A DNA stretch of 63,770 bases, counting the filler, from Folioceros fuciformis (taxonomy: Eukaryota), in the NCBI GenBank assembly GCA_049999805.1. It is 20 parts of 20 records of this genome, joined end to end, with 100 filler letters (N's around TTAATTAATTAA, not from the genome) between each part and the next. Parts side by side here need not be neighbours in the genome. Positions count along the whole stretch, not along the records: positions 34,391 to 40,465 come from JBNGIO010002357.1; positions 40,566 to 45,402 come from JBNGIO010002358.1; positions 45,503 to 48,919 come from JBNGIO010002359.1; 17 more parts are not named here. One strand, written 5' to 3'. Both the position numbers and the translations under genes were made by a program. A model generated the notes under the pieces. That model was not told the origin of the DNA and made no database searches. It worked only from the letters and a program-made list of their open reading frames with translations. Positions 35,400 to 48,123 of the stretch are shown piece after piece. Within the stretch, counting starts at the first letter, position 1. The number at the start of each line of letters is the position of its first letter.

Positions 35400-36250
35400 G
35401 ACTAAGCCCATCTCCGAGGCATGTCACAAATTGCAATGTCTCCTAGCTGTCACTTTCACGACAATTGTTGTGTGAGCTGATTATTGAATTGCTTAGTGCT
35501 GCTTGGCCTGTTTGAGATCGCCGTTTGTTGTCCTCCCATGGCCGGCACACACTCCTACCAAGAATCATGTGCATGGTTAAGCAATAGAGAACAAGTAGAC
35601 AATAAGGCATGCAGAGAGGGGGGAAGGTGAGGCGGAGCACATACCTGTGTTGCCTATCAATGAGCAATGTTTCCAGCAACGCATGCTCTTGTTATTCGCC
35701 CAACAACAAGGCATCTCCTAAACATTTCGGGCGTTTGGATCTTGGAATCCATGTGCGTGGTTTAGAGGCGAGGACACCTTCAACCGAGGCGCTTGTGCTG
35801 GCCTCATCGTCGATGACAACCCATTCAATTGACGATTGGTTTCTACTAGAATCACCTTATGTCGCGGGTGGGACATTTGTCGACCGAGCTTGCAAATCCA
35901 TGGTATTTGCTTGAAGCGGCTTGTAAGTAGAAGAGGGTAGTTCAACCTCACCAAGTTTGGTGGGGTGGATGGAATCAACATTCGTTATGAAAGGGACCTT
36001 GGTGTAGGTTCCTACGAGCTCTTCTGGCATTGAAGCAATAACAACATCCATGAATGCGTCTTCTCCTATGATTTACGAGCAAGCTATTTGAGGGTCGTTG
36101 TGACATTCCATCGGTTGTATGGAATGCAGGTAGGTTGTGCATGCCAGGCACAATAGGAGCAATGTTATAGGGCACTGCCCAGGGAAAAACTCATGTTTGT
36201 TGAGCCTTGAGAGTTGTCTTCATGCTATTTTCCTCTGGTTGGTAATTTTT
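35400..36250 (-). mobile_element. Highly degraded retroelement pol-like remnant
   Basis: Only faint RT/RNase H-like peptides in broken frames. Confidence 0.3.
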
Positions 36251-36516
36251 TTGCTCTAGCCTCATTAATGAGGTGACGTGTGTCTCCACCTCCCCTTTTA
36301 GTTTCCTAATAAGCGTGCATTTGGTTCATTCCAACATAGTTGCCATATTCACATCCCTCCTTTGTCGGCCACCAACCATGCATGTTTTTGAAGCTATCCA
36401 TCCACCCTTGCTTTCCTCCTTTCCCCCATGGATTTGGGCCTAATCCCCCATTTTTTTAGTAGCGTGCATTGCACAGCTAGAGCTGCCTTTGATGGCAGAA
36501 AATTTCCATGCTAGCA

Positions 36517-39500
36517 TGTGGGGGAAAATATTGCACCCAGGGGTGTTGCGAGGTCCACACAAGCCGACTTATGCCTTCTGACAGGCGGGACCTGCTTCAG
36601 TCCCCTCTTCCTCCCTTTCCCTCTCACACGGCTCACACCTTCACGCTCATTCACGATTGCTCACTGCTTTTCACAGGACTCGAGAGCGCGTGGTTCATAC
36701 ATACCTACCCTTACCAACGCTCAGCCTGCGACCGGCACTAGCTCCTTCCATTCCCTCTAGAAATCCCTTATGCTCACGGCGCACGACGGCGTCCCCACAC
36801 ACGCACACACATCCACGACCCCTCAATCAGCCAATGCACTCTCATTCATGGTCACACCCCACTCGCAACCTCAGGCCAGACTCTCACAACTACTCACGCG
36901 TCCTTGTGCTTCAGGCTCACACACATACAGTCGTCTCTCCCCTCACGGCATCTCATCTCCGAACATAGTCATGTCCAGCTTTCGCCACCCGCTTCACTTT
37001 GATTACTCTCTGGTCAGCCACGATCACCTCGCCACAACACCACACACCCGCCATTCCGGCTCCACCACCCCTCAGCTTAGCTTCCTACACACCCCAAGCT
37101 CACACATCCAGTCACCCCAATCATTTGGTCACACAACTTCTTCCTCCTACCATCACCACTCTTGTGACCCATGTCCACTCACGGTCTTCACAACATAAGT
37201 CACTCAGCACCGCATTCTTTCTTCACCAACACACATTCATCAGCGCTCTTACTCATACACTCTCATTTCTCAATCCAACCATGACTCTTAGCACTCTTCT
37301 CCAACTCGCCCGTCCAGGGCCTCTCTCTCCTCTGAAATGGTAAGGATGGTGGGTCACCGGAGGCTAAGGGAAGGGGTATCCACTTCCACTCCAGACTCGC
37401 GGATTCGGCCTCCGGCCCCTTTACCACCCCATGCAACCGACACGGGAATAGCTGGGGAGCTCGTCTCCCACTCGAGGAAGTCTCTCCTCCCGATTCGTCC
37501 CTGGGTCCTGGTTACGGAGCATCCACCACCTGCACCCACACCCTTAGAGCACTACATGCGCTTGCTTGCCTGGACCTCCTGTCCAGCAACGGCCATCGCT
37601 AGGCTTCCACAAGGTCGGAATGTCGGGATGGTGTCTTGCTGATTTTTCCGAGGCCCCAAATTGGCCTCTTGTACACAGTAGTGGCGGTCTTCCCGCCGTA
37701 AAGTCTGTCAAGGGTCAGTCAGCGCTCTTAAATGCTGAGCGGCTTAGGTCCAAGCAACAACAATCTAAAAAAAACTAGTCTAGACTGTAATTACTATTGC
37801 CTCCTTCTTTGCTGCTAGCGCCTTCCTCCTGGCCGTCGCGCTCCTCCCCCTACTGGTCCGCCTTTGGCCCTCCTACCCCGCCGCTGGTTAGGCAGGTCCT
37901 CTCACAAGACCTCCACCTCATTGTTGCTATTGCTGGCCCTTGCTGGCGGCGACGCAGGTGGGTCCCGTTGCAGGAAATCCCTCTCCTCCCTCTGTCGCCG
38001 ATTACTGAGGATGAGGACAGGCTCCCGTTCAACCCACTGCTGTGCCTCCTCCTCTGTCAATTCCTCCAGGACTGCCTTAGAATAGCAATGAGGCAGACCC
38101 CACACCCGCCTGCGGTAGTAGTAGATGCCCATGCGGGTCCTCAGTTGTAGGCCGTAGCCTCGCGTCCCTTCTATGCCCATACGTACATACAAAAACAGCT
38201 TCAGAACTCGGGCTCCTTCCACATAGAGGCCCAACACATAAGAGGCCTCCTCCTCATAATGCACCATAATCAGACCCTCTGTCATAAAGAAGGTGCTTAC
38301 TCCTTCCTCCCTTGGGCTACCTCGGGCTGCCTGTCCCCTGCTCTCCTGGGGTACGTGAGGGTCCTCCATCCCTCCAGCTGCTGCTTCCCCCAGCTCAGTT
38401 TGCCTGGTGTGAGTCGACCTTCTGGAACGCCTAGGCACAGGCACCTCCGCCCTCACCTCTTCGGCTACCGGATTCGTGGTTTCAACTATCGGCGTCGTTC
38501 CTCCTCCATCGATAGCCCCTTCGGCTACTTCGGGTGTCGTGAGACTACCGGTAGCCCTGTCGGTGACCGGCACTGTTGTTCGGCTACCGGTAGTCATGTC
38601 AGCTACTAGTTCGGGGACTCGACTACCGGTAGCCCCTTCGGCTACCGGCGTCGCCGTCCAACTACTGCGCCCAGCCTTGCTTTTCCCTTTTATTCGCTCC
38701 CTGGCCTCGTCCTGCTCCCGTTTGTACCTGTCCGCCAGCTTCTGAACTTGTTCCATCGCGGCCATCTCCTGCTCCTGAGCCTTAGCCACCTCCTGCTGTA
38801 TCTCCAAATTAGTCTCATGGGCTACCCTCACCTGAGTTAGGAGCGATTTCTATTGCTCCACCAGCGCCTGGATCTCTGCCTTGGCCTGTCGCGCCTCTTC
38901 TTCTACTTGTGCTTTGCCCTCGCTCAAGACCCATTGTTCTTCTTTCAGGAGCTGTCGTGCCGCCTCAGACTTTGCCAGCTGTCTCCAAGCTTCTGACTCC
39001 TTTCCACTTGCCTCTGCCTCCCTCCTTCAGGCCTCGGCCTCCTTCTCTGCTTGCCTGCTCAGCCAGGTGCCCTGGCCACCTGGTCTAATACATCCGCTTG
39101 TGCCTGCACCACGGCTGAGGTTAGTTCTGGCAGATTCACCTCCTGTGACCCAACCGGAGCCATTCCCCTCTAGGTTATCCGCCTTCCCAGCAGCGCTCGT
39201 AACGTCTCCAACTCCTCTGTCTGCAGCCTATCCTCCTGAGGAATTTTTCTAAAAATATCTTTCCATTCTGGGAAAACGTCCTGCTCCGGAACGTGCCCTA
39301 ATTCACTCCTCTCCTCAGGAGGGGCCATTTCCCTCGCTGGCATCTGCTCCCGGGGTGCTTCCATTTCTTCTCCGTTCGGTTCCTGCTCTGTCAGCTCTTG
39401 GTGTGCTTGTTCCTGAACAACTCCTTGCTCCCCCTCAGATCGTTCTAGGACTATCCCTTGTGACGCTGGCCTGCTCCCTTTTCCAACAATCTGACCACTG

Positions 39501-39730
39501 ACCCGTCTCCTCTTGGCGGGAGTCTTTTTCCTTGACCCGGCCTTCCTCTTCTGCCTGGTGGGGGTCCTCTCCTCTGAACTATTCGCACCCCCCGACTCCC
39601 AGCTGCTCGAGTCGGCTCCTATTGGTTCGGCGGGCTTCCACTTTACGTCCCTTATCGGCCTCCACATATGCAGCGAGGCTAGCACTTCCAACTCGGACAC
39701 GAGATTAGTGTAGCCATAGATATGAATGAG
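36517..39730 (-). mobile_element. Type B element: most of the accessory ORF through to an LTR 3' terminus
   Basis: ORF about 39730 to 37775 with basic NLS-like KRKAGSRKKTPAKRRR, coiled coil and C-terminal domain. Terminus ...CCCCACA at 36517 is homologous to 48021. Confidence 0.85.
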
Positions 39731-40465
39731 TGTGGAGGCAAAACCCCGGGCACTGATTGCCAACGGGTTCCACCTTTAGTGGCCACACTTATCCCACTGT
39801 CGTTGAGACATTGGGTTTCGTTCCCACGAAGGAGCGATGGGGTTCCTTGCTGCTGTGGATGGAGGGTCGGACTTGATCGACTCGATGATGGATTCGAGGG
39901 CTCCCCTCTAGCTCCGATCAGGCGTAGAACAGGCCTCGCTGTCCAGCGGTCAGCTGCACCTCTCTCGGTGCCCACAAACTCACTCCAGTCACTACAACGA
40001 CTCTAACCTCTCAAATCTGCGACTTCCCTCACACACTTCACTCACTCTCTCACTCCAGCACCAACACCAGCAACTAACAATGACACCACTACCTTCTACA
40101 CTTCCCTACTGACTCCTCCTACTCGGCAAGAGTCACTAGACTAACCCCAAAGGAAAGAAAGAAGGAACACACTCCCCTCTTGGATATCTCCCCCCACAAC
40201 CTTACCAGACGCCATGAGACATGGCCGGCCTACAACACTTGACCAAGCAAGGAACAAGAGTGGACAGGTCGAGAGAAAGACACATCCTTTACAATCAAGA
40301 GCTAGGGGCAAGCCCCTACACCCTGGTCATTACACCTTGTGATCCTACCAAACACTATACAGCCGGCAACACACGGCTTGCGATCCTACCGGACGTTGCA
40401 CAGCCGGCAACACACTGTAGGTCCTAAACCAAGCAGGGACAGACCACAAGAGCTCATGAAGAGAG
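39731..40465 (-). mobile_element. LTR 3' end, type C, inserted into the type B ORF
   Basis: TGTGGAGGCAAAACCCC on the + strand; near-identical to 45503-46174 and 60919-61698. Confidence 0.88.
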
Positions 40466-40565
40466 NNNNNNNNNNNNNNNNNNNNNNNNNNNNNNNNNNN
40501 NNNNNNNNNTTAATTAATTAANNNNNNNNNNNNNNNNNNNNNNNNNNNNNNNNNNNNNNNNNNNN

Positions 40566-41452
40566 GTACGATCTGGTTAATACTGTCACTGGCCATTCTT
40601 GCCACCACTCAAGGTTGACACTCAATCCTTTCTTGAGTACTCACACCTGATAAATGTCTGAAAGAACCAGACTGCTTCTGACTGGAGTTTTACTCACAAG
40701 ACCTTAAGTCTCTTCTTCCTAAGAGCAATCTGGTGCGGAATCACGCTGCCTTGCGTGAACCAGATTGTCTCATGCTCCGTGTCCTTACAGACTCTTGACT
40801 GTCTGCCCACAAAGCTCCCGTGAGATTTCCTGTCAATTCCTTCCTTGCTGCCAAGCTAGCGTTAGCACACTTTCTTGTAGCTGCTGAGGCTATTGCAGCT
40901 GTTGCCTCCACTTGTCAGCCCTTCCACAGAGCTCTGGGGATCAACAGCTAGTCCAGTAAGCTGACAGGGCCTTGTCGCCCTTCTCCTCACTTCCTGCACA
41001 CACCGATATGAGAGTTAGCTGCCGGGACGCTTGCTGCCGATCTCCCTCCAAGCTGCTCCAACTTCTCGTAGCTGCTCTAGCTTCTGGTGTGCACTCTTGC
41101 TGCCTCTTGCAGCACCTCCTATGCCGATCTTGCACCGCCTGCACCGGGCTCTGATACCATGTCAATAGGATTGACTCCAATCTACATGCAAGTGTAGGAG
41201 AGGAGAGGAGAGAAGAGAGGGTGGTATTGGTGATCACAACCATGAAAACAATACACATCACCACTGTCTTACTATGGAGGTCCGAGGTCTCCATTTAAGT
41301 AGTACATTTAGGGCTACACAACTTCCAGGTTCAATATGGGATAATCTACACTATCCTAAGTTCACTAATAACTAGAACTAGTCTAGTATGAACCCAACTG
41401 GGATAACTAACACCACATGAGTTTAGCTCATATAGAGCTCGATAACTCAACA
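40566..41452 (-). mobile_element. Copia-type 5' LTR (41160-41452), tRNA-iMet PBS and leader
   Basis: GCTCTGATACCA at 41148-41159. LTR reads TGTTGAG...TTGACA on the minus strand. Confidence 0.8.
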
Positions 41453-42024
41453 TTAGAGCGTGGTTGGCTTGCTGCCACTCGACTTCGCCTCCGCGCCGCG
41501 TTCTTCCCCTCAATCCCACAGCATGAAGCTCCGCGCATCGGCTAACATTTTAATTTAAAATTCCAGCTTCAGCATGCCTCGGCGTCGCCATCCAGAGAGT
41601 TCTGCGCCACAAGGCAGAACCATACCACAAGCCACTAGACCCTGCAAAATTATTTGAGTCGCATCACTGCGCTCAGGAGGCCGCTCCATCACTTACAGTA
41701 GCAACCTGCTTCATCAGCACCACGCGCACCTGAAACAAGCCGCTCTTCAACATAAACATCCTCTTCAACCCTAAACATCCTAACATCACCATGGCTGTGC
41801 CTACACTTCATCTTTTCCTGCAGTAGTCATTGCAAGTCTAGAGTATTTAAAGATTTAACCAAATTGCATAGAGTCGCAATTAGAAGCACTACATCTAGAA
41901 TTGCACAATCTTAGTAATTGTAAGCAGATTACCTAGATCGCTAAAATTGTCGATCTCTGCAGTACATGTTCGCATTGATCCATTAGCAACAGCAGCAACT
42001 AGCACTAGGCGTCGCGGCCACGTA

Positions 42025-44167
42025 ATGGCGTCGCATCAACAACCTACCAATACAACATTAACTTACAACACCACGAAAGTGGATTTCAAAGACCGCGATC
42101 GCTTCACGGGAAGCGACTACGACATATGGCAAATCAGGATCCAAGCCCTGCTCGATGAGCATGATCTTCTGGGCATCGTCGACGGTACACACCCCAAGCC
42201 ATCCACAACATCAAACCCACCAGCAACTCCAGATCAAATTGCAGCATGGGAGAAGAGTGACAAACGAGCTCGCAATATTCTCATTTCAGCAATTGATAAG
42301 AACATGCTGCAACACACACATGGCCAGGCAACTTCTAATGGCATCTGGAACACCTTCAACGAGATGTTCCAGGCCCAAAGTTCAATGTCACTTGTAAATG
42401 CAACATGTCAATTCTATTCATTGAGAATGAAAGAATCTGATAGTGTTGAGCAACATATACATAAATTCAGATCTGTAAGGGCTAAGTTAGTCGCGAGTGG
42501 TACTGCCCTTACACAACTGCAAGTAGCAGTTGCCCTTCTAACCTCATTGCCTGGCTCATACAGAACGTTCGTCAACTCACAGAACACAACGCTTAGACAA
42601 GCAAGTGGTGATCTTGACTCACAATCTCAAGAGGTACATCAACAATTTTCTATCCCAGACCCTCAGCCTGTAGTCTCCCTTCCTCAGACACCACCTCTTT
42701 ATCAACCTCCTGTTTCAAGTCAGCATATAGAGGTAAACGAAACCCCAGGTACCCCTGAACCTTTTTTACCTACCACAGAACCTTTGCAACAACTTCCCAG
42801 ACGATCATCTCGCCATAGGCCTCCTCGAGATGCATGGAAGGAACCTCCATACGTACTAGGAGATACCCTTACTCAGAGGCAAAATACAGCAGTTGAAACA
42901 CCTGCAAATACTCAACAACAGCAAGCTCAAATAGCTCTTCACCAAGCATTATCGGCAATCGAAATGCAGGGAGTCCCACTTACAATAGAAGAGGCTTTTA
43001 AATCTCCAGAGTGGACAGCAGCTGCAAAAGATGAGTATGAATCCCTTATTGCTAATAAGACTTGGGAATTGACAGACTTGCCCTCGGGCAGAAAGCCCAT
43101 ATCATGTAAATGGACATTTCGGAAGAAGCTAAATCCTGACGGCATAGTGTCAAGGTATAAAGGACGACTTGTCGCCAGAGGATTTACACAGATCCCTAGT
43201 TTTGATTACGAGGAGAATCGTCTGTATAGCCCAGTTGTCAAATCAACCTCCATCCGAATTCTCTTGGCTTTTGCTGCACACTACCACCTCAACATTCATC
43301 AGGTTGACATAAAAACAGTTTTTTTATATGGGACACTTAACGAAGAAATATATATGTTGCAACCACAAGGGTTTGTGGAGGACAGCAAGAAGGTGTGCCG
43401 GCTCCTGAAGTCACTGTATGGCCTCAAACAGTCGGCTCAGGTTTGGAACGAGACCATAGATTAGTATCTAAAGAAATGTGGATTCGTTCCACTAATTGCT
43501 GACCCCAGTGTTTACCTTATGAGAAATGGAGAGAAGTTTGCCATTATGACACTTTACGTCGACGACAATTTCATTTTTGGAAATGATTCGGCTTATATAC
43601 AGAAAGTAAAAGACCTTTGACCAAGGAGTATGAAGTTTCTGACCTTGGACAGCTGAAATACGCTCTTGGCGTTCAATTTGAGAGAGATTCCAAGAATCAT
43701 ACGTTCTTCATACATCAATCACATTATGTTGAACAGCTGCTGGAACGCTTCAACCTCAAAGAGGCAAAGCCTGTTGCAACCCCTATTGCATCATGTGATA
43801 AAATATCAGCAGAAAACTGCCCTACTACTCCAGAGGAGCAAATGGAGATGGTAAATATACCTTATAGCGAGGCAATAGGAAGTATTTTGTACTTGGCTAT
43901 CTGGACTCGACAAGATGTGGCTCAGGCCATTAATATTGCCTCACGATATCTCTCAAACCCTGGAGTGGCACACTGGACACATGTTAAGCGTATCCTGCGA
44001 TACTTGAAGGGCACAAAAACACTTGGCCTTTACTATGGAAGCGATCCTAAGCAGAAGCTTACACTTACCTCCTTCTCAGATGCAGACTGGGCAGGAGACC
44101 CAGATGCTCGACAATCCACAGCCGCTTACTGTATGATGATGAATGGGGGATGCATCTCATGGGCGTG
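42025..44167 (+). mobile_element. Internally deleted Ty1/copia: gag fused in frame to the RT region
   Basis: Gag (FTGSDYDIW, WEKSDKRA, LLTSLPGSY) runs into a Pro-rich linker, RT (RYKGRLVARG, LYGLKQSA, YVDD) and RNase H start (FSDADW). No zinc knuckle, protease or integrase. Confidence 0.88.
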
Positions 44168-45402
44168 TGTGGACTCCACATGCTGAACAAACCCCTGGGA
44201 AATGATAGGTTTTCTTTTTTTTGGGATTTGTGAGTGAGTGTTGTAGAGGAAAGGTTGGAAGGTTAGGTTAGAATAGTAGCTTAGAGTGAGGGTGAGTCGA
44301 TAGGGTAGGTAGGTTGTGTGGTGGATAGGACGTGGGCTCTGGTTCCTAGGCCAAGGGTAAGTAGGCTGAGGGTAGCCGGATGAGGAACGGGCCGGCTGTT
44401 TGGCTAGCCACACTGGACGGCTGACTTGACCTGGGCGAGGCCGGGAAGTGGCGGCTGAGGCAGAAGGTATAGGAGATCGACTGGTTGATCTAGCCAGGCT
44501 AGTTGGTAGATCCAGTTGGGCGGCCAGGCAGCTGGCTGGCCGAGGGAGGAGTAGGCAGCAGCCATGTAGGCGACCTCGCTGCTGACAGGCCGCATGGCCA
44601 GACCCAGGCCGGGGTCCGGGCTGGAGCTGCGAGGCAATCAGCCGAGTAGGCCGCCGGAGCGCTGGAGGGGGCAAGGTAGGCAGCTAGGTGGAGTTGCTGG
44701 AACCCAACCAGCAGTCCACCCCGGGCTGATGGGAGGCAATCCTGCAGGTCCAGGCTTTAGGCTGGTTGGTGGATCCAGCTAGGCTGGACAATAGACCAGG
44801 CTAGAGCTCAGAACAGGCCAAGGAGGCTGGGGGCCTGGCTGGCTAGCCGGGTTTGGACCAGCAGCCCGACGACCAGGAGCGGCTGGGTTGGCCGAAGCTG
44901 GATGACTGGGGAGTCCACAGAGGCAGAGCAGCCAAGCTAAGTCCAGGCAAAAGGCAGAAGAAAGGTGACGGGCTGCTGAGGAGTCTCGACAACCGTGAGC
45001 CTGGGACGGATGCATGCGGGCTGGGTAGAATCTAGGCAATGGCCGCCTGGCTGTCATAACCAGGTAGTTGCTGGCCTGCTAGTGGCGTGGTAGGATCCAG
45101 AAGCCGGGCAGTGAGGTGCCTAGCTGGATCGAGAGGTTAGGGCCTCGGGCCTGTCGATCGGGCAGGGCTTGGTGACTAAGGATGTCCTGGCGGGTATGAC
45201 CACAGTTGGAGGGCCAGCAGACAGGGCCGCCAACAGCTAGGCACCCTGGAGGTGGGTCGGCTGGTCGATCCGGAAGGCTGGCTGGCTGGTTGGCTGGCTA
45301 GTTGGCTGGCCGGGTTGGCTGGCGGGCCAGGTGACAAACGGATGCGGCCGCCAACGCCAAGCTAGGACGGGCTGATCGGGCGGCTTGGCTGGTCACAGTT
45401 GG
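44168..45402 (+). mobile_element. Gypsy LTR 5' part, type D, inserted in copia RNase H
   Basis: First ~100 nt nearly identical to 33983 onward, followed by a GC-rich GGCT-repeat region. Confidence 0.88.
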
Positions 45403-45502
45403 NNNNNNNNNNNNNNNNNNNNNNNNNNNNNNNNNNNNNNNNNNNNTTAATTAATTAANNNNNNNNNNNNNNNNNNNNNNNNNNNNNNNNNNNNNNNNNN
45501 NN

Positions 45503-46174
45503 GTAGGATCGCGGGCAGCGTGTTGCCGGTTGTATAGTGTTTGGTAGGATCACAAGGTGTAATGACCAGGGTGAAGGGGCTTGCCCCTAGCTCTTGATTG
45601 TAAAGGATGTGTCTTTCTCTCGACCTGTCCACTCTTGTTCCTTGCTTGGACAAGAGCTGTAGGCCGGCCATGTCTCATGGCGTCTGGTAAGGTTGTAGGG
45701 GGGGAGATATCCAAGAGAGGAGTGTGTTCCCTTCTTCCTTTTGTTTGGGGTTAGTCTAGTGACTCTTGCCGGGTAGGAGGAGTCAGCAGGGAAGTGTAGA
45801 AGGTAGTGGTGTCGTTGCTGGTTGCTGGTAGTTGCTGGTGTTGGTGCTGGAGTAAGAGAGTGAGTGAGGTGTGTGAGGGAAGACGCAGATCTGAGAGGTT
45901 AGAGTCGTTGTAGTGACTGGAGTGAATTTGTGGGCACCGAGAGAGGTGCAGCTGACCACCGGACAGCGAGGCCTGTCCTACGCCTGATCGGAGCTGGAGG
46001 GGAGCCCTCGAATCCATCATCGAGTCAATCAAGTCCGACCCTCCATCCACAGCAGCAAGGAACCCCATCGCTCCTTCGTGGGAACGAAACCCAATGTCTC
46101 AACGACAGTGGGATAAGTGTGGCCACTAAAGGTGGAATCCGTCGGCAATCAGTGCCCGGGGTTTTGCCTCCACA
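45503..46174 (+). mobile_element. LTR 3' end, type C
   Basis: Ends TTTTGCCTCCACA and abuts the type B ORF tail. Confidence 0.88.
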
Positions 46175-48021
46175 ACCAGCAGCAGCAGCAGCGAGGTGGA
46201 GGTCCTTTGGGAGGACTTGCCTGACCAGCGGTGGGGTAGGAGGGCCAGAGGCGGGCCAGTGAGGGGAGGAGCGCAACGGCCAGGAGGAAGGCGCCAGCAG
46301 CAAAGAGAGAGACAATAACAATTGCAGTCTAGGCTAGTTTTTTCAAGATTGCTTTTGCTCAAAATTTAAGAGTGCTGACTGACCTCTGACAGACTTTATG
46401 GCGGAAGAGACTGCCACTACCGTGTACAAGAGGCCGGTTTGGGGCCTCCAAAAAATCAGCAAAAACCAGCCCAACATTCCAAACTTGCGGAAGCCTAGCG
46501 ATGGCCGTTGCTGGATAGGGAGGTCCAGGCAAGCGAGCACACGTAGTGTTCTGAGGGTGTGGGTGCAGGTGGTGGCCGCTTCGTGGCTGAAGTTTCGGGG
46601 ACGAATCCGGAGGAGCCTCGCCAAGGGGAGAAATGCTCCCCAACTATCCCTGTGACTGTCGCGTAAGAATGGTTAGAGCGAAGGAGGCCAGATTGGAGTG
46701 GAAGTGAAAAATCTTCCCTTAGCCTCTGGAGTTCCTATCGTTCCTTCAATTTCCGAGAGAGGAGAACGCCGAAGTGAGTGAGTTGGAGAAGGAAAGCTGA
46801 GAGACGGCAGGAGAGAGTGCTGGTTGAGAAGAGAAGGCCGAGGTGGCCGAGTCTGAGAGCGAGAAAGTCGGGAAGTGTTGAGCCCTGAATGCGGCAGGGA
46901 GAGGGAATCAGATGTGTCGAGCGTTAGAGGACGAGGTGAAGAGTCAGTGTAGACAAGCGTTGAGGTCCCGAGTCTGTGAGAAGAGGATGTGCGTGGATGC
47001 GAACTGTGAATGGGTGACTAAGTGGTTAAGGTTTGGAAACTGAATGTGAGTAAGAGAGTCGATGTGTGCGTGCGCATGAGTTGAGAGTGGAGTGGAGGAG
47101 TCATAAATCCATGTGGTGAAGGTGTGGCGTCCCAGGGGTGTGGCTGTGGCAGATAAGTGGACGATGGTAGTGCAAGTGGGTGTGAGGAGTCTGATTTGGG
47201 ATCGCGACCGTGGGCATGGGTGAGTCGAGACCGTGCTATTTAGGTTAAGCGCTATGTGTGTGTAAGCATGGAAGCGCTGTCATGTGTGGCTTAGTGTGAG
47301 AATTCGCGACAAAGCTAGAGAAAGGCAGTGACGAGCACTGTGAGTGTGTATTGTATGTGCGTGGCTGAACTGAATGCCAACAGACCCCAAGGCGGGGTGA
47401 GGAGCAGACATGAGCGGACGGAAGGGTGCAACTGTGAGGTAAGCGCGGTTGCAAGTGAGAGAGTTCCATGGCTGATCGTGGCTGCGGGAAGCGCGAGTTA
47501 GGGAATTGAGTTACTTAGAGTGAGAGAAAGAGAGGAAGAAGTAAGTGAGAGAGGGGGAGAGGAAGAAGTTAGTGAGAGAGAGCAAAGAGAGTGAGAGAGG
47601 AGAGTGAGAGAAGAAAGAGAAAGAGTGGGCCCCATTGGGGTAGCCGGTTGGGTGACCATTGTAGAGGGACAACAGGAGTAGCCGAGTGTAGCGGTAGTCG
47701 TGGAGGCGACGAGGTAGCCAAGAAATGGTAGTTGGAGTGACACCCACCCCGGTAGCCGAGTAGGTCCGTCAGGTAGTCCAGGGTCAAGGTAGTTAGGGAG
47801 GTGACGATGGTAGCCGAGTCGCGACGGGGTCGAGGTAGTTGAATAGGAGGTAGACGAGCGGCAGGTGAGTAAGACTGACCTTGGGTGGTAACTAACTTTT
47901 AGCAGCAAACCTGTGTTATTTAACACAACTCATTCCCTTGGGATCAAATCCCAGTGCTATAACGACAAAGAGGGTTTGTGTGGACCTCGCAGCACCCCCG
48001 GGTCCAATATTTAACCCCACA
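46175..48021 (+). mobile_element. Type B element: ORF tail, TTTAAGAG box, conserved block, purine-rich tract and LTR 3' terminus
   Basis: Stop at about 46337, TTTAAGAG at 46365, terminus TAACCCCACA at 48021. Confidence 0.82.
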
Positions 48022-48123
48022 GCAAGTCTTGATTCTGATGAAGATGCAAATTCTCAAGGTCATGTGACCTCCTCCAAGAACGCACGCACACGACGTAGTC
48101 GTGTCCTCTAATCACCTATAACA

